DNA from: Mytilus californianus
Lineage: Eukaryota
Direction of reading: 5' to 3'
Length of the DNA: 64,000 bases
Assembly (NCBI RefSeq): GCF_021869535.1
Contig: NW_026262723.1
Span: 17,484,001 to 17,548,000 of the forward strand
Both the position numbers and the translations under genes were made by a program. Positions 52,521-64,000 of this stretch are shown here, piece by piece; positions within the stretch are counted from its first letter, which is position 1; each line of letters begins with the position of its first letter. The notes under the pieces were generated by a model that saw only the letters and a list, made by a program, of their open reading frames with translations, did no database searches and had not been told where the DNA came from.

Positions 52521-52755
52521 GATAAATTCTTTCTCCTTTGCTATTTTTCGTGAATTCTGTTATACATATTCTCCAGAGTCCACTGTATGATTCATATAAG
52601 TATTTTCCAGTTTTATTCACATATAGTCCATTTGGAATCTCGAATGTAAGCCAATGATTTGTTCCTAATGCCACAACTTGAATCAAAAAAGCAAATACTG
52701 TCCCCGCGGTAGTCCCAAGTAAAAGTTTCTTTTCCCATTCTAATTGAGCGGCCAT
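52521..52755 (-). CDS. Exon 1 of a claudin/PMP22/EMP-superfamily tetraspan membrane protein (78 aa + 1 nt)
   Basis: MAAQLEWEKKLLLGTTAGTVFAFLIQVVALGTNHW...YSGLWRIC...ERIY: N-terminal TM1 followed by the W...GLW..C signature of the first extracellular loop. Good start context (AAAATCATGG); GTAAGT donor immediately after 52521. Confidence 0.88.
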
Positions 52756-54186
52756 GATTTTTTTGTGAAGAATCCTGGACGTCGCGAACTGATTTGTGAC
52801 TGTGTTGCAGAAATGATAATGCACGCGAAATGTAAATTGAATGCACGTGTGTTTGTCTACAGCCAGTAACACTACATAGCTAGCTGTGTCTATACACAAT
52901 ACAATTATTCACAGAAATGAACCATAATTAACACATGCACTGTCTATTGTCATTAATTATTCAGTGATTGGTATAACGATTAATAAGCACAATTAATCCC
53001 CTGGGAATTTTTTTTTAACATTGTATTTGTAGAAAATAAGCACTATAATACATTCTGATTGAATAGTTACACGTGTTAAATTATACACTGATAGTGGAAT
53101 ATTTTATCTCAGAATATTCATACGGTTCACTCAGATTTGTCCTACTACCATGCCTGTCTATTGTTTTCTAAATCATCGAAAGTTTTGCAGCGCTGTTCTC
53201 TTCGATTCGATAACGTATTATCTTCGCATGTTTTTGGACAGTAGTTACACTACTACATTAGTATCGAGAGATTTGATTGAAAACAAACATTGTTTGGCTT
53301 TATTTCAAATTGTACATTTCACAGCAGCTGATTTTTATCAATGCAAACAAAGTAATCTTATGGTATGTTGATTCCAAACTATCTAATGATGAGTTGCTGT
53401 AATATATTCTGTGTTAAGCCGTCATCAGATCATGATTATTAAATAGCAGAAATTAAGCCATCAAATTATATTTTATCCAATGATAAAAGTTACACTGAAT
53501 CCATTACAAAAATAAAAAAGGCCTTTAACCCTCTTAACGGTATAATGTTGCTTTTGTAACAAAGCACTGAAATATGATGCTAAGAAAATCGATATCGTAC
53601 TCCTGAATGTCGTAAAAATAGCACATAGGATATTTTTTGAAAACAGTAATCATATTTGGTATTAAAAATTTATGCAAACACGATATAAAAGCAGATAAAA
53701 CATCAAAATTGATCTCCTGTTCGTCTAATCATATATGTTAAAAAAGTCAATAATCACATTTAAAAAGTTATGGTGTATTTGTTAAACAATTAAAATGAGA
53801 CAGCTGGCGCGTAAACAGAACAACGATATGATAGTTTTTGAATCGAAAAAGATCACGCTTGCTGTTGGTTTTTCTATCGGAATGATTTTGAAAAAAGAGG
53901 ATATGTTTTATGATACTTTCTACGGAAGGACCTCCCAAAAATATAATTTTATTTTAAGGGAACTAATTAAACAAAATAGATCAACTTAAAACGGACTTTT
54001 TTGTATCATGTAAACGATCGACCAATCTGTGACACACTTCAAGCGCATTAGTAGTATTCAATTTAGTTTACTTTATCGTAGTGCATCTAGGGGTTAACTG
54101 AATTTGTGGTAAAGTTCATTACGTTACAGACCAGGGAACTACTATCACAAAATTCCCAAATTGAATTATTTTCCTTGTTGTGGAAT

Positions 54187-54327
54187 TGATTGATTGAGTG
54201 ATTGGTGTTTATCGCCACTTTAAACACTATTGTGCTTTTTCGTGGCGGTCAGTTTTTATTGGCGGAGGAAGCCGGAGTGCCCGGAGAGAACCACCGACCT
54301 TCGGTAGGAAAACTGACAATCCTAGTC
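54187..54327 (-). mobile_element. 5'-truncated SINE (same family as 12189-12432) with (AATC)n tail
   Basis: Reverse complement gives GACTAGGATTGTCAGTTTTCCTACCGAAGGTCGGTGGTTCTCTCCGGGCACTCCGGCTTCCTCC...GTGGCGATAAACACC plus AATC repeats. Confidence 0.85.
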
Positions 54328-54485
54328 CTTGCCGTGGAATATTTAGGGAATGAATAGATGATATAGATCAGAACGTGATGTTAAAGAAAGTCATTTGATT
54401 GAGAAAAATAAATAATAAAACGTTTTCCAGCTGTATTTTTTTTATTATTATAGAAGTAAGCCTAGGATGACGTCAAAATGTTTAA

Positions 54486-55725
54486 GGGCATACAATACAC
54501 TTTTGATCTCACGGTGAATGTTTGACGAAAGTTTGCATGCAAGCTATTTTTCACCTGGTCAATTCAAATATGTAATAAAAAATATACCTTCATGTGCTAC
54601 TTTTAGTGATAAACAAGGGCGAAATTTACTAGAAATTTCGGTTTCTTGGACATTTCTATCCCTTGGAAAGACATACTTTACTTTTTTGTTTCAAAAGATA
54701 AAAGCAAGCGGATTTTTGTAAAATCATCTGGAATATCTTCTCTACATAAGTGTACTTTGGATTTGTGTAACAATTCTTTGGAAATTATTCATTTTATCAC
54801 ATTTTCATGATTTAAGTCAGAGAACGGCATTTTTTGCTGTATATTTATTTAATTTGAAAAAAAAAAATCATCGGTGATTTGTTCATAAAAATTGGCACAA
54901 ATAATCTTCATACATGAAAAAAGCCAAATCATTTTTAAAAAAGAGGGGTCCATGAACTCGTTTTCAAGTTAAATCAGTCTGAATGATAAAAATCAGTCAA
55001 AAATGCATCTTTTCCCGATATGTCACAGTTTGACGTCGTGAAAAATAACATTTTACGTTAAGGGCATACGATACAGTTACAGGGGAGGTAATGACGTTGC
55101 TAACGTAAATTGTTATTTTCGCGACGTCAAACTGTGACTTATCGGGAAAAGATGCAGTTTTCGACTGGTTTTTATCATTCAAACTGATTTAACTTGAAAA
55201 CGAGTTCATGGACCCCTCTTTTTTAAAATGACATTTGGTTTGATTACGTATGAAGATTAAGTTTGCCAATTTTCATGAAAAAGTCAATAGTGCAATTTTT
55301 TTAAATTTGATAAATATACAGCAATAAATGACGTTTTTTTTTCTACAATCATGATCATTTGATTAATATGAGTTATTTATAAAAATGGAATGTACACATT
55401 TATAGAACATTTATATAAAACAGAAATTACAAATAATTTAACAAAAAACAGCTTGTGTTTATCTTTTAAAACAAAAAAGTTATGTATTTCTATCGAAAAG
55501 AAAAAAAACGTCCACAAATCCGAATTTTGAGGAAATATCTGAAATTTCAACCTCAATTTACTCAAAAAGTAGCACATGATGGTATATTTTTTATTACATA
55601 TTTGATTTAATCAGGTAAAAAATAGCCTATATGCAAATTTTCATCAAAATTTCAGTATGGGATCAAAACTGTATCGTATGCCCTTAACAACGTCATCAAC
55701 TCCCCTGTAACTGTATTGTTTGCCC
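54486..55725. mobile_element. Kolobok-like TTAA MITE (54486-55725) containing an inverted copy of the same family (55062-55683)
   Basis: TIR GGGCATACGATACAG / CTGTATCGTATGCCC. TTAA at 54482-85, 55058-61, 55684-87 and 55726-29. 5'-RR termini with a TTAA target fit Kolobok rather than piggyBac. Confidence 0.85.
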
Positions 55726-57599
55726 TTAATAAATGAAATAGGTTAGAATTTTAAAATATTAAATCTATATATAGCCATTCATGATCGCAGGTACTTCAAC
55801 AGGAAAAGACATCCTGCTATGTAAAAAAAACTCGAAAATTGCAAGTTTTATTGGAAATTCCAAAATACAGAGAAATTACTTCTATAGGGAGAGCAAATGC
55901 AATATGCATAAACTTAGTGAGGTAATACAAAATAGATATTTATAATAAAACAGGGATCAGTTCTTTTTTTCATTTCAAGCAGAAATGTTCACCCGAAAAA
56001 AATTAGTACATGAACCAATTAAAAAAAAAAACTATGCAGTCTTTATTGGTTTTATTCCCTTATTAATAATGGACCACAAGGAGAAGACTGTCGATTTGAG
56101 AGGCATATGAATCGAGTTTCTGGTGATTATAATGTTAAGGAAGTAATTGAATCAATGCTTGCATGTACAATAAAACAAAGTCCTATGTGCACGTTCTTTA
56201 AATTTATTGCGAATCCATAAATGATTACGTATAATCGACAATCACATTTGTTTGAAGATTGTTGGTCTAAAATTTTAGGTGCTAATTACTTTTCGGGTTT
56301 TGGTGCCAAGGTTAACCGATCACAACCTTGATAAACAGTCAACACAGAATCATGGAGCACGTGAAGCATTCATGAGATGATAAAGCGGTGTTTTTTCTCT
56401 TCATATTTTCCATGCGTTCCCAGTTGTTTATTAAACTTAGCCAGAACAAATGTTTAAGGATTTGGTGTAATACAAATTTTCTTAAAGAATAAACAAACAC
56501 GCTGCATAAGGAAAAGCAGTTGGCGAATTTGAGTACGGGAAGATAATGATTTATTAGCAGTGCATTTCTAGAGATTTTGATCAAATAAAGGATTTTCTTT
56601 TTAAAAAAAGTCTTGTATGTATACGTATTATAGTAAAATTTAGCCATTCAAGTATACAAAACATCCCCTTCTTTCCTTCCTTCATTTGAAAAATTATATC
56701 ACTTTAAAATTAGAAAATCATGTTAATTTGCTATTACTTGTAAATGTCACTATAAGGACAGTCAGAAAAATATTTGAATGTACTTATTTACAATGTTGGT
56801 GGATGAAATTTTGAACGCTTTGTTGCCACTTGCTAGCATCTTATATAGTTTATCGCATCAAACACTGATATGCATATGAACTTTTTATTTTTAAAGAGCT
56901 TCAACTGTCATTTTTTATATGTTTGTCCTCGATTTCCATGGTGATACGTAACAGTGATATTACCATAGAAACAAACTATGTTTTCCCTAATTGTTTCGAA
57001 AATCAATTAATAATTTTGATATCATACTTTAAATGTGATTCTTTATTTCTCCCTTGCAGGATTAGTTGATGTAATTCATTCGTTTGCTTTCTAACGACTC
57101 AAGTTATCATTATTCCTTTTCTTTGTAACGACTCAAGTTATCATTATTCCTTTTCTTTGTAACAGTTTTTTTTTAAATGTGAATCGATCCTGCTGTGACA
57201 AATCATCAACTTATACGTTATAAAAGTTCATGTGAGGGTTAACTTAAGAATCCAATTTGATATCTAGACATAGAATTTTTTCCCGTGGCATTTCTTCAAT
57301 AGAAATATCATCACTGAATCTGTATTTGTTTCACTGATAGAGACAAAAACCGTTATTGTCTTAAAAATAAAAAAAAAAAAAAAACAGTTCACAAATTTGG
57401 CGCGTTAGAACGCTTTTCTATATTCAATTTCATCAAGAACGCTCAAAACCCCAAAAATTTTTGAAATGGATGTGTAAAAACCTGACTTCTTGAAGAGGAG
57501 CTGTCTAGCCCAAAGGGATCAATGTTACTTGACGATGGATTGTCTAGTCGTCTGTACGGAATCCATATCATACTTTCTGGAACTTTCTTTTATATAATA

Positions 57600-58955
57600 A
57601 AAATAAGAAAATGTGGCATGATTGTCAAAGAGATTCGTCACCAGAGACCAAATGACGTATAGAATTAGGCACCTATAGGTTACCGGCTTTCAATAAGGAG
57701 CAAAGCCCATACCGCACAGCAAGTTATAAAAGGCCCACAAATGACAAATGTGAAACATTCAAACGAGAAAACTAACGGCCTAATTTATGTACAAAATAAT
57801 GAACGAAAAACAAATATGACACACAGCAACAAACGACAACCAATAGGGAACGAAAAATCGTCCCTTTTGTCGTAAATTTTAGTGTAGAGTTACCCGTGTA
57901 AAACTTAAATATCTAAATCTAGGAAAGCACAGTTATTGCAGTTTGCATTTGATTTATTTAGAGTAAGTTCCTTTGGATAAATTTCGGCAGTATATTTAGA
58001 AAATTCTTGATTATTTAACGAAATATCATCAAGATAACGGTAAGTGTTGTTGAATTTATCTACTAAATGCAATTTAGACGTGTCTTTACTGAGTTTGGTC
58101 ATAAACTGTGATTCATAGCAGTACATGAACAAGTCTGCTGTTAAAGGGGCGCAATTGGTGCCCATAGGAATACCTACACCCTGTCGATAAAGTTTATTTC
58201 CGAAACGTACATAAATATTATCAAGGAGAAAATAAACAGCTTTAATCATCTCACCACACCTACAGTATAAGTATATCTAGCATATTTACCTTTCTCATTT
58301 GAGAAAAAGGCTTTAAATAAGTTGCAGCAAATATATTTGCATTCAGATTTACCAAACGACCATTTAATTAAATCAGAAAACTTTTGTTTGATAAGATTGT
58401 GTGGAAGTGTAGTGTAAAGATTTGAAAAGTCAAAACCGTCAACAGAATCAAAAGGACCATCAAAAGCACGTATTTTATCTAAAACATCCAAAGAATTTTT
58501 TGCACTCCAAAAATAGTTAATTCCACTATTTTCATATGCTTTATTACAAAAATTAAAGATAAGTTCTTTGATAGTAGTTAAGGAACTAGTTAAAAGCACT
58601 GAAAGATTAGTTGTAGAATATTAAATTTTACTGGAGGCCGAGATGAAACGATATTTTACTGTGTTTTTTTTTTGTTTGTGTAATTTAGGTAACCAATACA
58701 TAGTAGGAACCTTCAAATGTTCAGAATAGGCCTTAAGCTGTGATGTGGTTATGATATGATTGTTTACTATATGACTCTCTGTGGAGCGCACGGACTTGAA
58801 AGTAGAAGAATTTAAAATTTCATTCTTAAGAAGTATTTACGGCATACCAACACCACCACCACTGTGGGCACATTGTAGGCTGCTTTGTCGGCCGGTACAA
58901 ACACAAACCGCGTTTAAAGTACTTGAAGTTTGTTTCTTATTCTAGAAAAAGGCGT
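57600..58955 (-). mobile_element. Second Naiad-type PLE copy, 5'-truncated and internally deleted
   Basis: Minus strand: FVFVPADKAA, HLKVPTMYWLPKL, DFSNLYTTLPH, GIPMGTNCAP, YRYLDD, YDKRDDFSFPI, then a direct jump at ~57843 into the family A tail. Confidence 0.9.
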
Positions 58956-59771
58956 AGTATATACTCTTTTATAGTTAGTTATAAGTACTCTGTCCGACTG
59001 CATCTACTGCATCGTGCAAATACAAATATTCATACCTTTTAAACACAATGTTGAGATTTACAAAATGAATCTACTGTCGATAATTCTGTTAAGATAAACA
59101 AAATCAAGCTGTGGAATTAACTCACTGACAGGTATAAATTTCTTTAAAATTTTTAACAGAATCAAGTCAATGAAAGTTCCCGGTCTTTAAAAAATATACC
59201 TGAGTTTTGTGTCCGATTTGTTTTGACTGCAAATCTGTATTGCTGTCACAGATCATTATCTCTGATTTTGTAAAAGGTTGAATAGTTCAAATTAGCATTT
59301 CAATGCTAACTATAGTTGCAAAGTATTCTTCCTGTGTTGAAATTATCTCTATACAATGCCGAAGTTGTTATTCGTAAAAAAAGACTAAAGCATTCAAAAA
59401 GCCAAATTAGGTTCAAGCCATATACATTTAAATTCAAATTAACTTTCTGTTGCTCTTATGACCAGTATAGGAGCTATTTCAGTTATGTTTGTATTTTAGA
59501 ATTATTATCCGAGGAAGTAGAAAAATATTTAAGTGGTACGGGAGAGACAAGGTGACAAATCTGTCTTTTCGCCCTGTCCTACTTTCTTCCAAAATTATTA
59601 TGCAACTACTGAATGTAAAATATTAACCAATTAACCTGAATGAAAATACAGTTGATAATATTGGGATAATTTAACTCAACAGTAACCACTGGTAACAGTA
59701 CAATGTGTGTGGCAATAACTATAAGTCCTTTAATTTAGTATACACTGTTTATCGAAAAGTCAACGTGTTAA

Positions 59772-60157
59772 GGATGTTCGCTGCTCTGTTTCAAAATAAC
59801 AAGCTTTTTAAAAGACTGTTATAAATTGATAGAATACGAATAAAGGAACTAAAAAAGCAGAAAAAAATGAAGGGTCCGTGTGCTTGTTTTCGAGATATAA
59901 GCTTTTGAAAATTTGGCGGGAAATGATTCTCTCTAGACTTTTCATACATTTAACATTGGCACCTTTTTACTTTCAAAAACAATGAAAAAATAACAAGGAA
60001 TTTAAAAGATTTTCAAATATGGCTTTTTAAACTATATGTAATAAAATTATAAAAAGAAAAGTAGGGGTTAGCGGGCAAAATTTTTAATGGCACTACATGG
60101 ATAAAACCAGAGGATTCCGAATATCTGGCAAAAAATCAAAAACAAGAGGAGCGAACA
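59772..60157. mobile_element. MITE-like element with short TIR (GGATGTTCGCT / AGCGAACA, right end clipped)
   Basis: TTAA|GGATGTTCGCT at the left and AGCGAACA at 60150-60157. Confidence 0.45.
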
Positions 60158-60367
60158 ACGTGTTCAAACTACTTTACATGTGTTCATATTTGTGTATGTT
60201 TACACGTATTACACAAGTCCTGTAAAATATCAACCGTCGAATATATTTTTTTTAATGTTACCCGGTGTTTAATGTTACCCGGTGTAGATATAACCATTAT
60301 CATACTGTAAAATGAATATTGCAGCATAAAAGGAAAACGCAATTATGATTTAATTTAAGTAATGCTT

Positions 60368-60675
60368 TAATCCCGCTGCAAATGTTTGCACCTGTCCTAA
60401 GTCAGAAATCTGATGACAGTAGTTGTCGTCTGTTTATGTAGTTCATACGTGTTTCTCGTTTCTCGTTTTTATATAGATTAGACCGTTGGTTTTTCCGTTT
60501 GAATGGTTTTACACTAGTAATTTTTTGGGGGCCCTTTATAGCTTGCTGTTCGGTGTGAGCCAATGCTCCGTGTTGAAGGCCGTACCTTGACCTATAATGG
60601 TTTACTTTTATAAATTGCAACTTGGATGGAGAGTTGTCTCATTGGCACTCATACCACATCTTCCTATATCTATTT
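60368..60675 (+). mobile_element. PLE 3' tail (family A)
   Basis: Very close match to 37055-37360 (CCCGCTGCAA..TTTGCACCTGTCCTAAGTCA...CATACCACATCTT). Confidence 0.9.
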
Positions 60676-61433
60676 AAAGAAAAAAATATATATTCATCAA
60701 CTAATATGCCACACTAAACATGTATATGTGTTAAAATATATTGGCTTCTTTAAAATTCTCAATTGATAAAAGACTTCTTAATTGACAATGAATAAAGTCA
60801 GATGCATTGCTAGTTTGTCGTTTAATGCGAGTACAATTGCAATCTTGATTTTTTGTTTTAATTAAAACCCAACAATCAAACTATAATTTGATGGAACTGT
60901 GTATCTGCAAAAGATTTTTTTTCCATCAAGTATATTCCTTGGGGCTCTTGATAATATATTTTCACTTTATGACATAAAAATCAATGACACGGATACAATA
61001 ACAGTTTTACTTAATCAAAAGTCATTACGCAAATAGCACTCAAAGCCTTTGGTACTGGGTTCATTTTAAGGTTAGAAAATAATTAAGCCTGAACATGTCA
61101 AGGTCTGAAGGATTGCAGAAATTGTCAAACCTGTGGATTATAATTAGTTAATTTGACAATGATTTTTCATGTAAAAAATTAATATCCTGCAGCAAAAATC
61201 GAACGGTACGTAGTCGGATTGAAAAAACAAAAATTGTTTTGCTTTGCTTTATAAAAATAAGGTAATTTTTACCAGTGAGGTAACTATCCATCAGGGAATA
61301 AAAGATGAAGATGTAAGCAGCCATAAATCACCGTACGGCCTTCAAGAATGAGCAAACCGATAACGTAAGGTAAGCTATAAAAGGCACAGCATTTGTTTTA
61401 TAAAGATTTCTTATCCACGTAGTGAATAACAGC

Positions 61434-62742
61434 AGATCATATGTACTCCAAACAGACATGTTACATGGTACACCAAGGGCAGAAATATTGAAAGTCCAAT
61501 ATATAACATTAGATCATATGTACTCCAAACAATCATGTTACATGGTACACCAAGGGCAGAAATATTGAAAGTCCGATACATGACATTAGATCATATGTAC
61601 TCCAAACAATCATGTTACATGGTACACCAAGGGCAGAAATATTGAAAGTCCGATATATGACATTAGATCATATGTACTCCAAACAATCATGTTACATGGT
61701 ACACCAAGGGCAGAAATATTGAAAGTCCGATACATGATATTAGATCATATGTACTCAAAACAATCATGTTACATGGTACACCAAGGGCAGAAATATTGAA
61801 AGTCCGATACATGACATTAGATCATATGTACTCCAAACAATCATGTTACATGGTACACCAAGGGCAGAATATTGAAAGTCCGATACATGAGATTAGATCA
61901 TATGTACTCCAAACAATCATGTTACATGGTACAACAAGGGCAGAAATATTGAAAGTCCGATACATGACATTAGATCATATGTACTCCAAACAATCATGTT
62001 ACATGGTACACCAAGGGCAGAAATATTGAAAGTCCGATACATGACATTAGATCATATGTACTCCAAACAATCATGTTACATGGTACACCAAGGGCAGAAA
62101 TATTGAAAGTCCGATACATGACATTAGATCATATGTACTCCAAACAATCATGTTACATGGTACACCAAGGGCAGAAATATTGAAAGTCCGATACATGACA
62201 TTAGATCATATGTACTCCAAACAATCATGTTACATGGTACACCAAGGGCAGAAATATTGAAAGTCCGATACATGACATTAGATCATATGTACTCCAAACA
62301 ATCATGTTACATGGTACACCAAGGGCAGAATATTGAAAGTCCGATACATGAGATTAGATCATATGTACTCCAAACAATCATGTTACATGGTACACCAAGG
62401 GCAGAAATATTGAAAGTCCGATACATGACATTAGATCATATGTACTCCAAACAATCATGTTACATGGTACACCAAGGGCAGAAATATTGAAAGTCCGATA
62501 CATGACATTAGATCATATGTACTCCAAACAATCATGTTACATGGTACACCAAGGGCAGAAATATTGAAAGTCCGATACATGACATTAGATCATATGTACT
62601 CCAAACAATCATGTTACATGGTACACCAAGGGCAGAAATATTGAAAGTCCGATACATGACATTAGATCATATGTACTCCAAACAATCATGTTACATGGTA
62701 CACCAAGGGCAGAAATATTGAAAGTCCGATATATGACATTAG
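61434..62742. repeat. 77-bp minisatellite, 17 highly homogeneous copies
   Basis: Unit AGATCATATGTACTCCAAACAATCATGTTACATGGTACACCAAGGGCAGAAATATTGAAAGTCCGATACATGACATT. It explains the duplicated ORFs 61766-62029 and 62227-62490. Confidence 0.98.
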
Positions 62743-63435
62743 TAGTGTTAGTATGAAAATAATGAAAATTTCAAAACATGAACTGTACACTGTCTAGTAT
62801 GCCCTCTTTTAGAGCGACTGTCAGAATTGGCATTTTGTTATCTATTTACCCTGATTACTTATTTTTGAATGTCAGTATCTCATAATTGTTCAAAAATCAA
62901 ATATACAAGATTCTGTCGTTATTTTGACGAATCATACGCACGTATCAGAAATTTGAAGTATCAAAAGTTGAAGATCAATTTACCTAAAATTATGCAAAGA
63001 GACGCTAAAATTACCAAATGAACAACTTTGCAGTATCTGAACACACTACTTATAAACACTGCCTAAACCAGGCAGTGTAATTCCTTTCGGGACTCATTGA
63101 TCACAAGCAATTACATCGACTGAGTGGTATAGTGAGACAAAATTATCAAACCCGCATTATTTGATGCAACGTATATTATGCTCGCATTAAAAAAAAAATT
63201 CTCATAAGTATTGTGCTAGAGATATGGAAATCCAAAGCTCAAAGATCACAAATGTTGAAGAAAAATGAACTGAAGATAACACAAAATGTACCCAAAATAT
63301 CAGCTAACCAAAATGGACTGCCGGGTTACCTGTCCTTTATTTATTAGACTCAGATACCCGTATCTTACAAGGGGGAGAACCAGCTTATTAGCCAAATCAC
63401 GTAAGATATTACTTCCGTTCGCACAACGCATGTTT

Positions 63436-63760
63436 CACCCCCAGTTTTTGGTGGGGTTCGTGTTGCTGTTGTACCCCTATTTGTGACATTTTTACCTATT
63501 GTGTTTGTTTTGTTTACACATCGTTGTCAATATAATGGAATTTGATGCGACTGTCATACAAGTGAGAGGTTTAGTTAGCTTTAAAACCAGGTTCTATACA
63601 CCATTTTCTACATAAGAAAATGCCTGTACCAAGTCAGGAATATGACAGTTGTTATCCATTCGTTTGATGTGTTTGAGCTTTTGATTTTGCCATTTGATTA
63701 GGGAATTTCCTTTTTGAATTTTCCTCGGAGTTCAGTATTTTTGTGATTTTACTTTTTTCT
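63436..63760 (+). mobile_element. Family B repeat fused to a short family C PLE-tail fragment
   Basis: CACCCCCAGTTTTTGGTGGGGTTCGTGTTGCT (reverse complement of ~44655-44690) abuts a copy of 2745-3026. Confidence 0.75.
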
Positions 63761-64000
63761 ACTATAACCTTCAGGGGATGATCTCCAGAATCGCACAACG
63801 CATGTTTCTGAAATAACCTTCAGGAGATGACCTCCAGAATCGCACAATGCATGTTTCTGGAATAACATTCATGCAAACCAGAACAAATGTTTTCAAAAGC
63901 AAACAAATAAAATGTTACCGAGATACTAAGTTTTATTCCTATGACACAATTTCATAAAAACTGGAAGATTTCAAACAAAATGTTTCATTTGAATTTTGTC

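Noticed and set aside
52787-52792. Initiator-like TCAGTT upstream of the claudin-like ATG as the transcription start
   Set aside because: A 6-mer is too common to call without 5'-end transcript data.
52495-52899. The 134-aa ORF as a complete single-exon gene
   Set aside because: The first 49 codons precede the ATG with good context and look like 5' UTR, and the last residues read through the GTAAGT donor.
59040-59300. N-terminal GIY-YIG endonuclease upstream of PLE copy 2
   Set aside because: Homology to copy 1 stops near 58955 and I found no GIY/YIG motifs. The Naiad assignment therefore rests on the missing C-terminal endonuclease, the RT motifs and the SECIS, not on a seen N-terminal domain.

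Overview
AT-rich, repeat-dense eukaryotic DNA with no prokaryotic features. The repeat families look like those of a bivalve mollusc, probably Mytilus (inference from recalled family motifs, no search run). The only host gene I can support is a minus-strand claudin/PMP22-superfamily gene: exon 1 at 52755-52521 and an in-phase 81-bp exon 2 at 6495-6415. Together they imply a ~46 kb first intron; later exons probably lie left of the window. The rest is transposon debris and tandem repeats: Penelope-like retroelements (PLEs) and many 5'-truncated PLE tails, Helentron/pearl-like HINEs, Kolobok-like TTAA MITEs (one nested in its own family), a MULE relic, a BEL/Pao gag relic, two tRNA-derived SINEs, hammerhead-ribozyme relics, and 29/48/77/95-bp minisatellites. 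The most striking signal is a decayed Naiad-type PLE (~33960-37360, +). It has two in-frame TGA codons at cysteine-type positions and a well-formed type II SECIS hairpin ~135 nt after its stop codon, which points to a selenocysteine-recoding retrotransposon. This is reported for the Naiad clade, so it is a new instance rather than a new class. Almost all other ORFs in the supplied track are spurious products of repeats.
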